DNA of 57,992 nucleotides from IMG/VR virus record IMGVR_UViG_3300033141_003442; one strand, written 5' to 3'. The stretch's first letter is position 1, and each line of letters begins with the position of its first letter. Of this stretch, positions 28,170-36,012 are shown in pieces. Source of the stretch: a virus. Under the pieces are notes generated by a model. The model did no database searches and was not told where the DNA came from. It worked only from the letters and a program-made list of their open reading frames with translations. The translations under genes were made by a program, and so were the position numbers.

Positions 28170-28712
28170 TTATTTCTCCCTACACAATTTTTCTTTCAAA
28201 GCTTTATAATCTTCATCAGATACTTCAATTTCTATACCATCAATAATTATTGTATGCTTTTTAGGAATGGGGCGGGCATACTCATAAAATACACAGTCAA
28301 AACTCTTACCTTCTCTAAATCTATTCTCATCAAGTGAGTGCACGCATACATAAGGACGACTACTTCCATCAGCATAAGCTACATAAATTCTTTTTTTCCA
28401 TTCTCCATCAGGCTGAGTAATTTCAATACCAGACCGACTAACTTCAATAAGTTCTCCAAATTTAAAGGCGTAACCTTCAAACATTTCATCAATCCAACAG
28501 CACCGCCCATTGTCTTCTTCAATATGATAATAGTCGTCCCTGACTTCTCTTATAGTTACAACTTGTCCGCAAAATTTCCTGTTCGTCTTGAGAAATAGGA
28601 ATGATTTCCCAAGAAAGCTAATGTTATCACATACCAATTTATTTCCTCTTAACATTGCTTTCCACTGACGAACCCTTACTCTATTTCCTACTTTATAACG
28701 CATTCTATTCAT
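28170..28712 (-). CDS. Hypothetical protein (180 aa)
   Basis: ORF in co-directional block. Confidence 0.45.
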   Translation of the reverse strand: MNRMRYKVGNRVRVRQWKAMLRGNKLVCDNISFLGKSFLFLKTNRKFCGQVVTIREVRDDYYHIEEDNGRCCWIDEMFEGYAFKFGELIEVSRSGIEITQPDGEWKKRIYVAYADGSSRPYVCVHSLDENRFREGKSFDCVFYEYARPIPKKHTIIIDGIEIEVSDEDYKALKEKLCREK

Positions 28713-29640
28713 CCTCCTTCTCTCTTAATATTTCTTTTAATTGTCCTCTATGATGACAATCCTCTAAATGAACTAAACGACCATTCTCTTCAAACTGCAA
28801 GTAAATTTCTTTACCCTCTGTATAATATTCGCTCTGCCTAACCTTTGTAAATTGCAGGATAGGATATTCTTTCCGTTTATCTTCGCCGTCATACAGAATT
28901 TCAAAACCATAGGCAGGCCGCTGCAATGAGCTTTCCCTGCCATAAGGTTTTAACTTCCCATATTCTTCTTTGGCCTGCCAGAATAAAAAGATTAAACTTC
29001 TATGTCCTTCCTGTAACTTACGAATAAACTTATTTACTCTATCATACCTGCCAGTTAAATCTGCCCAGTCCCAAATGATTATGCTGTTTTTACTTATTGC
29101 TAAAGGTTTCATGAAAGGGTCTGTAATGGGAATAAATCTAACTTTTCCTTGTTCTTCCCATTCAATCATTTGTTCTACATCAACCAGTTTAGCAAATCTG
29201 TAAGCGATATTTTCCTTACATTCAGAATAATAGTAATGGACGGTCAATCCTCTTTGTAAATAAAAAAGAGCTATGTTAATAGCAAAGTAACTCTTTCCCT
29301 GTCCATAACTCGCATAAATCAAAATGATGTCTGAAGGAAACAATAAACATTTATATCTAATGCCAAACGGTAAGGGTATCTTAAGCTCTGGCTTTAACAT
29401 ATCTTGGAAAGAAGTGGGCGTGGTATGCTTGATGATGCGGTAATCTCTTGAATTGACTTTCTCTACCTTGCCAAATTCAACAGCCTTGTTCAATATTTTA
29501 TATGCCGTTGAATATTGACTGCTGTTTAGTCCTAAAGTTTGCATCATCTCTTTTATAGTAAAAACAAATTCACCGTCATAGTCTTGGAAACTGTCTAAAT
29601 ACTCCAAGACCAACTTTAAAACAGAACCTTTCTGCGTCAT
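28705..29640 (-). CDS. RecA-superfamily P-loop ATPase (DnaB-C/KaiC-like) with N-terminal wHTH-like region; putative replication protein
   Basis: Walker A ASYGQGKSYF; Walker B-like IIIWDWADL. Confidence 0.5.
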   Translation of the reverse strand: MTQKGSVLKLVLEYLDSFQDYDGEFVFTIKEMMQTLGLNSSQYSTAYKILNKAVEFGKVEKVNSRDYRIIKHTTPTSFQDMLKPELKIPLPFGIRYKCLLFPSDIILIYASYGQGKSYFAINIALFYLQRGLTVHYYYSECKENIAYRFAKLVDVEQMIEWEEQGKVRFIPITDPFMKPLAISKNSIIIWDWADLTGRYDRVNKFIRKLQEGHRSLIFLFWQAKEEYGKLKPYGRESSLQRPAYGFEILYDGEDKRKEYPILQFTKVRQSEYYTEGKEIYLQFEENGRLVHLEDCHHRGQLKEILREKEDE

Positions 29641-29663
29641 TCAGCTCAAGTCCAGATGCCACT

Positions 29664-29816
29664 TTAGTCTTTGATTTTAAAATATTGCTTCAATGCCTGC
29701 CTTATTATATAGCTCCGATTGACATCTTTTTTCTCGCATTCTTTATCAATCCTTACCAAATAATCAAGAGGTAAAGAAACAGTTACCGTGGTATTTCTTC
29801 CTCGTTGCATTTTCAT
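29664..29816 (-). CDS. Ribbon-helix-helix (CopG/Arc-like) DNA-binding protein (50 aa, missed by ORF track)
   Basis: Manual translation gives MKMQRGRNTTVTVSLPLDYLVRIDKECEKKDVNRSYIIRQALKQYFKIKD; ATGA overlap with the upstream stop. Confidence 0.5.
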   Translation of the reverse strand: MKMQRGRNTTVTVSLPLDYLVRIDKECEKKDVNRSYIIRQALKQYFKIKD

Positions 29817-30454
29817 TTTGTTTTGTCCTCCTTATCAATTTTAATATATTCTTTTAAAGCCTGTCTTGTTAATTGTTCAATTAACATTCTTCCAACTGGC
29901 ATTCTGATAGGATGTGGTATCACAAAAGTTTCTTGATATATATCAAGGGCTACAGTAAGAGCCTGTCTTAATTCAAAAGGAGTAAGTGAACAATCCAAAA
30001 TAAGATTTAACATAAAATCAACCACTTCTTTAAATTCATCATCATAAAGATACCTTTCTCTTGGATTATCCTTTCTAATTGCATTTCTTTCATTATTAAA
30101 TTGTTTTATACAAAATGAGCTAAAATTATATGTATGTCTTATATCTTCTAATTGCTTTTCATCCAATACCATCAAATACTTTTCTGTATCTATATCAAAC
30201 ATCATACTTTTCAATGTTTCGCCTGCAACTTCCAATGCTCCAAATCCATTTTCTTCTATTTCTTGAGCGATTAATTTCATAATCTCACGCAGTATTCTCA
30301 CTCTTGACCTACGCTTTATTTCTTCTTCAAATTGTGCATACTCATATTTATTAAATGTTTCTATTATTTTAAGAGCAAATATTCTTTCAATACTAACACC
30401 AAAACTTTCATTTCTAATTCTTAAATCCAAATAATCATCTATTTTCTTACTCAT
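29813..30454 (-). CDS. Hypothetical protein (213 aa)
   Basis: ORF in co-directional block. Confidence 0.45.
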   Translation of the reverse strand: MSKKIDDYLDLRIRNESFGVSIERIFALKIIETFNKYEYAQFEEEIKRRSRVRILREIMKLIAQEIEENGFGALEVAGETLKSMMFDIDTEKYLMVLDEKQLEDIRHTYNFSSFCIKQFNNERNAIRKDNPRERYLYDDEFKEVVDFMLNLILDCSLTPFELRQALTVALDIYQETFVIPHPIRMPVGRMLIEQLTRQALKEYIKIDKEDKTK

Positions 30455-30713
30455 AAGCTTTCCTTTATTAAAATAAGTTTTTCTTTTATTTCAAGTTTGC
30501 TTAATAAATTGAAATAATGTTTATTCTTCATTTCCTCCTTTAATCTTCTTTAATTCCATTGGGTGCAAATAAAAAATGTTATCACCTATCTTTACTTTAA
30601 TTTTGACTATTGTGTTGAAAAAGGAAATACCTCCAATTACTTTCGCCGTCTTCCCTATATGGGCAGGGCAAAACTTCAACAATGTCTCCTATTTCAAAAG
30701 GGTGTTCCATTTT

Positions 30714-31130
30714 TTAAAGCCCTTCAAAACTACTTGGTATGTCATTCTCTGTTACAATTGGATTTATGGTCTTTTCTGGCAAAGATTTAACCCACTTTAT
30801 AAATTTTTTTCTTAAAGTATTAGGTATCCCAAACCAATTATCCTTATCACTCCACCCGTAAGTTGCTATTCCAAAAAGTTTTTTACTAGTGTTTGGGTCA
30901 TCAACAATTACAAATATAGCATCGTAAGACAATTTAAAGCGTTCTATATATAAATAAAAAGAGTTACCTTCTAATTCTCCATTATAAACAGAAATTGTTT
31001 TGCCTTCAATTCTCAAATAAATCCGATTTTTATATAATTCTATTAATGTGCCATCTAAGCATTTGATAATCGGCACGGTATTCTTCCCATTTTCATCCCA
31101 TGCCATATAGTCCCAATTAAAAGAAGACAT
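30714..31130 (-). CDS. Hypothetical protein (138 aa)
   Basis: ORF with SD AAGGAGGA. Confidence 0.5.
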   Translation of the reverse strand: MSSFNWDYMAWDENGKNTVPIIKCLDGTLIELYKNRIYLRIEGKTISVYNGELEGNSFYLYIERFKLSYDAIFVIVDDPNTSKKLFGIATYGWSDKDNWFGIPNTLRKKFIKWVKSLPEKTINPIVTENDIPSSFEGL

Positions 31131-31228
31131 TTTATCCTCCTTAATACAATAATTTAATTTCGTGAAAAAGTTTGAATTTGCTAACTTCTCTATAATCCAT
31201 TAAAAACTTAACCAATTTTACCTCGTTA

Positions 31229-31241
31229 TTCAAACTTTGAA
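31229..31241. promoter_or_regulatory. Perfect 13-bp palindrome TTCAAACTTTGAA (operator-like) upstream of gene 30714..31130
   Basis: Palindrome read directly; related half-site AGTTTGAATTT at 31168-31179; overlaps a candidate minus-strand -35 (TTGAAT). Confidence 0.4.
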
Positions 31242-31354
31242 TTTCACCACTTTAGCTAAATATCCAATATATCATTCTTAAAAGCACCTTTTAAAATTTT
31301 GCTCAAAATGTATGAGGGTAATAGTAATAAATAATAAATATATATAATAACTTA

Positions 31355-31537
31355 CTATGTTTCATCCTTTTCAAGCTCGTCAATAATTCTTTTAATATCA
31401 AGTAATGTATCTGCACAAATATTTACTACTCCATTACCTTGGTATGTAGCTGTATAAGTTGCACTACTTGCTGTTAATTCTCTATTGTCTTCTAGATAGA
31501 TATGATAGCCTTTATAAACTTCTATAAAGGTTTTCAT
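31355..31537 (-). CDS. Hypothetical protein (60 aa)
   Basis: ORF track. Confidence 0.35.
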   Translation of the reverse strand: MKTFIEVYKGYHIYLEDNRELTASSATYTATYQGNGVVNICADTLLDIKRIIDELEKDET

Positions 31538-31878
31538 TTAAAAGCTCCTTTATATTTGCTTTCAATTAGTAATATTTCCTCATAAGTTTCTATTGCAACC
31601 TTAAAATAATCTTCTATCTTTTGAATGTTCTCATATCTCGTTTTAAAATTACTTATTATTCTTGTAAGGTCTTCAGAGCTAAATGGTGTTGACTTTGGAC
31701 TATGTTTAAGTTCTATTTTAATAAGACCAAGAGAAGTTGGAATTATTTGTGTTTTAATTCTCATCTCCCATATTTTATCTTGCATTTCTTCAACAAATAT
31801 ATCTACATTGGCTTTTATCCATTGTTCTTTTGCATTATAATTACCTACACTATCAATCAAGTCCTTTGTTATTTTCAT
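31534..31878 (-). CDS. Hypothetical protein (114 aa)
   Basis: ORF with SD GGAGGAG; preceded by a roughly 150-nt structured leader. Confidence 0.5.
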   Translation of the reverse strand: MKITKDLIDSVGNYNAKEQWIKANVDIFVEEMQDKIWEMRIKTQIIPTSLGLIKIELKHSPKSTPFSSEDLTRIISNFKTRYENIQKIEDYFKVAIETYEEILLIESKYKGAFK

Positions 31879-32044
31879 TTATTAAACTCCTCCATATTTT
31901 GTTTCTGAGCGAGGTTTAATGGCTTAGACAATGTTTTTATATGTCTTTTGGGTTGAAACTAGCTCAGCGGTTAAATATGTGCGTCTGAGAGCGGATGAGA
32001 TGTTGTTTAGATACCCGATTTTAAATTGGCTTTTCATTATCTTA

Positions 32045-32073
32045 ATGATAAAACAAGTAATTTATTTTGTCAA
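32045..32073 (-). promoter_or_regulatory. Sigma70-like promoter TTGACA-N17-TATCAT (minus strand)
   Basis: Plus-strand tgtcaa 32068-32073 and atgata 32045-32050, 17-nt spacer; part of a 35-bp element also present at 39935-39965. Confidence 0.45.
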
Positions 32074-32607
32074 GGGTCTAATTTTTTTAAGTATAATTTT
32101 TTTCCCTTCCTGTGTTGTCCTGATGCCTGTGATAAAGTAATTAACCTTTCTTAACTGTTTCCACCATTTCGTTGCTATTTCACTGTCTGCCATGGTTATT
32201 GAATGAACCTTATTGCTGTCATAGGCACTTATCACTCGCAATAGTGCATTATATTCCATATCATTAGGGTTAGGTAGTTTGCAATTTTTTACTTTAAATC
32301 TATTATAAGGGTTTGGCTGAGGTTCTTCTGGATGTTTGTGGTGATATTTAATTCTAATTTTATTTATGACTTGTTGTGAGGATAATATACCTTTTTTTAA
32401 CTTATCATATAAAAACAAACAGAAAGCTGCAAAACAATTTTTCTTGGCTCTAAGCTTGCAAAGGTTTTCCACTGCCTCAATGAATTGCAGGTCTGTATAA
32501 TCATCACTAATAGTAATCAACCTTATCATTTCTTTCTCATGAACCACTACATCATTTTTTTTGGCAATATCCTTAAAAATTTCAAGCCTGCTGTCTGAGT
32601 TAGTCAT
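32062..32607 (-). CDS. Hypothetical protein (181 aa)
   Basis: ORF with SD GGAGG. Confidence 0.5.
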   Translation of the reverse strand: MTNSDSRLEIFKDIAKKNDVVVHEKEMIRLITISDDYTDLQFIEAVENLCKLRAKKNCFAAFCLFLYDKLKKGILSSQQVINKIRIKYHHKHPEEPQPNPYNRFKVKNCKLPNPNDMEYNALLRVISAYDSNKVHSITMADSEIATKWWKQLRKVNYFITGIRTTQEGKKIILKKIRPLTK

Positions 32608-32610
32608 TAT

Positions 32611-33039
32611 TCAGCCTCCTTGGTTGAAGGTTATGTATCCATTTTCTCTTAACCAAATTGCCATTTTGGCTCGTGCATTAGCTTCAATTTTTTCTATAGC
32701 ATACCATTCTGTAATATTTAATCTATCATAGTAATAATCGAAACCATCTTCATTTTTTTCTATTCTTAAAAATCCCAGTTCTGGCAAATAAAATGGCAAC
32801 CATTCACCCAATTCTGAGTTAGTAGGAGCTTTAATTACTTCTCTATAACTAGGGTTGCAATTTCTTAGCATCTGCCAAAACTTTTTGTCCCGTTCTCTTT
32901 CAAGCAGCAATTGGACTCTATCCCCATCTTTATCATGATAAACTACCCAAAACCAGCCTGGCTCTTTTTGAGGAAACCCTAATTCTTTTAGCCTCCTACT
33001 TAATTCCAAACTAGTTACTTCTTTTTCTGCCCAATGCAT
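32611..33039 (-). CDS. Hypothetical protein (142 aa)
   Basis: ORF in co-directional block. Confidence 0.5.
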   Translation of the reverse strand: MHWAEKEVTSLELSRRLKELGFPQKEPGWFWVVYHDKDGDRVQLLLERERDKKFWQMLRNCNPSYREVIKAPTNSELGEWLPFYLPELGFLRIEKNEDGFDYYYDRLNITEWYAIEKIEANARAKMAIWLRENGYITFNQGG

Positions 33040-33040
33040 T

Positions 33041-33316
33041 TTATCCCTCCTTATTAGGGTATAAATTATTCATAAGATTTAATCCGGGATATGTTTCAAG
33101 TTCTTTATATGTAGGTTCTTTTCCTTCCGCAATTCTGTTCATGATTGCATATATTTCATCATATTTTCGGCGTGCTTCTGCTGTTTGCTTCCTTAATGTT
33201 TCATATTTTTTGATATTCCGTTCTTTTAACAACTCAGCTCTTAATTTTTGCCAAGCTTCTCGGTATTTTTGCATAATAGTATGTGCTTGTTTAAAACTTA
33301 TTTCATTTTCTTTCAT
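33041..33316 (-). CDS. Hypothetical coiled-coil protein (91 aa)
   Basis: ORF with SD AAAGGAGG. Confidence 0.5.
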   Translation of the reverse strand: MKENEISFKQAHTIMQKYREAWQKLRAELLKERNIKKYETLRKQTAEARRKYDEIYAIMNRIAEGKEPTYKELETYPGLNLMNNLYPNKEG

Positions 33317-33368
33317 ATTTGCCTCCTTTATTCAAAAAAATTTCAAGTCTGCTGTCTGGATTGGTTAT
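33306..33368 (-). pseudogene. Vestigial duplicated gene start (paralogous to the 5' end of gene 32062..32607, ATG replaced by ATA)
   Basis: About 47 nt including GGAGG and the first 11 codons (ITNPDSRLEIF vs MTNSDSRLEIF) are about 80% identical to 32571-32620. Confidence 0.3.
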
Positions 33369-33652
33369 TGTTTATCCTCCTTATCCTTCATTTGTTTTCT
33401 ACATTCCAAATAAGATTGGCAAAAGAGTTCTAAAGTAAATTTATCTTGCTCGCTTAAAAAATCTACTTGTGCCAAATCCCGCCCAAATTTTTGGTAGCTT
33501 AATTGAGTAAAACTATTATCAAGATGTCTTCTACTATTTAAATTGCTAGTAATAGAAAATATTGGTCTCCCATTTCCATCCCTGTGAAACTGTAAGGACA
33601 AAAGTGCATCGGTATGTGCTTTGTGTTTGTATTTATATTTTGGCCATTTCAT
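33365..33652 (-). CDS. Hypothetical protein (95 aa)
   Basis: ORF track. Confidence 0.45.
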   Translation of the reverse strand: MKWPKYKYKHKAHTDALLSLQFHRDGNGRPIFSITSNLNSRRHLDNSFTQLSYQKFGRDLAQVDFLSEQDKFTLELFCQSYLECRKQMKDKEDKQ

Positions 33653-33855
33653 TATTTACTCCTTTCATTATAAATTGAATATATTGTTTCAGGTGGGGTT
33701 GCAGTTGAATTTTGGCGTCCCATTAATGGACGAATAAGAATTTCAAACAAAGGAGCAAGCAGGGGCATTTCCTTTTTTAATTCTATCCATGCAGTGCTCT
33801 GTAAATTTCCTGAAGAAGATATTAGTTTTGCTATCTCTCTTTTAATTTCTTTCAT
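33652..33855 (-). CDS. Hypothetical protein (67 aa)
   Basis: ORF track. Confidence 0.35.
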   Translation of the reverse strand: MKEIKREIAKLISSSGNLQSTAWIELKKEMPLLAPLFEILIRPLMGRQNSTATPPETIYSIYNERSK

Positions 33856-34036
33856 AATTGTCTCCTTTGCTTAAACTTAAATAAGCCCTTCGGAGAAGCT
33901 TTAAATCTTGGATATATTCTGGGCAGTAGTTGTTGTTTTTTAAGGCTTCATTGTAACTAGCTTCGTTTGTAATATCTTTATAAACCTCGTGATGAAGCCA
34001 TCTTAAAGCAGCTTCAAAAGCTATTTTGTAATCCAT
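33842..34036 (-). CDS. Hypothetical protein (64 aa)
   Basis: ORF track. Confidence 0.35.
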   Translation of the reverse strand: MDYKIAFEAALRWLHHEVYKDITNEASYNEALKNNNYCPEYIQDLKLLRRAYLSLSKGDNYERN

Positions 34037-34045
34037 TTTTACCTC

Positions 34046-35173
34046 CTATATATCCTTTAAAATGCCTGAAATGACAGGTTTAATATAGCTATCGTATAAA
34101 CCGTCTCTTTCTTCTTCAGTAGTCGTCCAGACTTTTTCAGGTTTGGGATATTGAACGCCTGGCTTATCCTCCCACCGCCGTTGAGCAAGGAATGTGCTGG
34201 GATATATAATATATTCTAGTTCCATATTAGGCCATTCATACTTTATGTAATTATCTAAGCCTTCCATTATTTGGTTAAATAAAGCTTCATCAGGATTTAT
34301 TTTTAACCACTCTGCTAAAGCTCCTACTTTGTTTACTTTTCTGGGATAGTTTAGCCAAAACTTCTCAAATAGAATTCGTTGCTTTTTAATATTTTGTAGT
34401 AGTAAATTATCTGGTGGTTTATAGGGCGGAAAAGGTTGTTGTTTTTCTTTTCCACTGATGAATTCACTTTTCTTATTTGAATCTTTAGAGCTATATAGAT
34501 TATTATTTATATATTTTTTATTATTTTCTTTAAAAGAGTTATTTAAAGAAGATTTTATATCTGTAGTATTCTTTGTAGTATTCTTTGTATTTGTCCTAAC
34601 TTCAGGAGAAGGAGGTGGTAACTTTGAAGTAGGGGGGTGGTTACTTTGAAGTAAAGAGGTATTTACTTCGGAATTAGGAGGTGGTGATTCTGAAGTAGGA
34701 AGGTGGTTATCTTGAGGTAAAGAGGGGGTTTTTTTAGATTTGCGTTGGTCGTATGTAATTTTAAGGACATTGTCAATAATTGGTTCTATAAACATGACAT
34801 TTGAAAGTTTTAAACCTTCGTTAGTTTCTATTGTTTTAAATTCTCTTTTAACAAGTTTTAATCTTATCAAATCATCAAAAGCTCTTTTAACCTGTATTTT
34901 TGTGAAACCAAATAAATCCACATAAGACTGGTAATTCTTTTGTAATCTATCAGCTTTAAACTTTTGTCTATAACCAATTACTTCGCCTGTTTCTGGATTT
35001 CTTTCTTCAACTGGCCTATACCAAAAAACAATGTCCGCCAATAATGTTATAGCTACATGATTCACTGTTCCGTTTTGAGTTTTTATATATCTATACCAAC
35101 TTAAGGGGACAGTATTACCAGAAAATTCAACGCCAATTAGTTTTTTACATTGTTCATTTATTTCATTTCTCAT
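34046..35173 (-). CDS. Putative replication initiator / replisome organiser (DnaD-like C-terminal region) with internal low-complexity linker
   Basis: 375 aa; N- and C-terminal globular parts separated by a P/S/T-rich linker encoded by iteron-like DNA repeats; C-terminal F..FW..YP...A.WLK pattern. Confidence 0.45.
   Translation of the reverse strand: MRNEINEQCKKLIGVEFSGNTVPLSWYRYIKTQNGTVNHVAITLLADIVFWYRPVEERNPETGEVIGYRQKFKADRLQKNYQSYVDLFGFTKIQVKRAFDDLIRLKLVKREFKTIETNEGLKLSNVMFIEPIIDNVLKITYDQRKSKKTPSLPQDNHLPTSESPPPNSEVNTSLLQSNHPPTSKLPPPSPEVRTNTKNTTKNTTDIKSSLNNSFKENNKKYINNNLYSSKDSNKKSEFISGKEKQQPFPPYKPPDNLLLQNIKKQRILFEKFWLNYPRKVNKVGALAEWLKINPDEALFNQIMEGLDNYIKYEWPNMELEYIIYPSTFLAQRRWEDKPGVQYPKPEKVWTTTEEERDGLYDSYIKPVISGILKDI
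34611..34722. repeat. Five imperfect roughly 22-bp direct repeats (iteron-like) inside the replication gene; adjacent 12-bp tandem repeat at 34564-34587
   Basis: ggaggtggtaactttgaagtagg / ggggtggttactttgaagtaaag / aggtatttacttcggaattagg / aggtggtgattctgaagtagg / aaggtggttatcttgaggtaaag. Confidence 0.6.
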
Positions 35174-35243
35174 TTAACTCCTCCTGAAATATATTATGGA
35201 ATTTTTTATGGCAATTATCACATAGCACTATTAAATCTTCTTT

Positions 35244-35777
35244 TCATGTTAAATATTCTCTTCCTCTATTTTCATAGGTTTTATGGTGAACATTTAAATT
35301 TTGGTTTGAACCACATAATGAGCAAGTAGGGTTTTTCCATTTGACATATCTAGATACAACTCGCCAATAAAGGGTCTGGAGAAAATCTTTATAATTCATA
35401 CTAGATAGGATTTCTATATCCTCTTTAGTTATTAAATCAAATAATAAATAAAAATCACAAGCTGGAGTATTTTTGCCTGTCCCAAAATTTGCTAGTTTTC
35501 TCTGTTGTCTTTCTTTTTCTCTTTTCTGGCGTTCTAATTCGGCTTTTTCTTCTCTTTCTTTGCGTTTTTCGTATCGTATTCTTTTACATTCAGGGCAAAT
35601 TGCATTTTTGAAATCCCATTTATTATTTACAATTATAGTTTTCCCACAAATTGAACAAGCGATTTTATATTGTCTTAGTTTTAAAAATTCTCTTACTTTA
35701 TTAAAAACTTCTGTTTGATTTACTTCAATAGGCACTAATAAACAGGCTTCTTTTAATGCCTCTTCCCATTTCTCCAT
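35244..35777 (-). CDS. Zn-ribbon protein with C-terminal HNH-like motif
   Basis: CSICGK...CPECK and C-terminal CSLCGSNQNLNVHHK; coiled-coil K/E/R-rich middle. Confidence 0.4.
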   Translation of the reverse strand: MEKWEEALKEACLLVPIEVNQTEVFNKVREFLKLRQYKIACSICGKTIIVNNKWDFKNAICPECKRIRYEKRKEREEKAELERQKREKERQQRKLANFGTGKNTPACDFYLLFDLITKEDIEILSSMNYKDFLQTLYWRVVSRYVKWKNPTCSLCGSNQNLNVHHKTYENRGREYLT

Positions 35778-35828
35778 TTTAATTCCCTAAAAATAAAAAA
35801 CCCACACAGACAGAACAAGACTTTTTTG

Positions 35829-35894
35829 ACATGGTGAAAGGCCAAGGTGTCTTGCTTGTCCGTGCGGGCTTGGTTTCAAAATGCCTTTCACCAT
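35829..35894. promoter_or_regulatory. 12-bp perfect inverted repeat (ATGGTGAAAGGC ... GCCTTTCACCAT) with 40-nt GC-rich spacer, just downstream of a candidate minus-strand promoter
   Basis: Arms at 35831-35842 and 35883-35894; candidate promoter TTGACA-N17-TAAGAA at 35904-35932 (minus); related GC-rich motifs CCGTGCGGGC / CCCGTGCAGGC. Confidence 0.45.
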
Positions 35895-36012
35895 ATTGAT
35901 TTATTCTTACCAGATTATTTTTAACTTGTCAATATCAAAAATGCCTACACAAGCAAACAGGTGAGAAAGGGAGGAGAAAAGGTGGGACCTGTCTGCCCGT
36001 GCAGGCTGTGAT

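Noticed and set aside
31940-32030. Possible tRNA in a GC-rich intergenic island (tagctcagcgg resembles a D-arm)
   Set aside because: No cloverleaf could be built by eye: no acceptor-stem complement, no T-loop GTTCRA motif. Treated as a structured leader instead; a tRNA-scanning tool should confirm absence.
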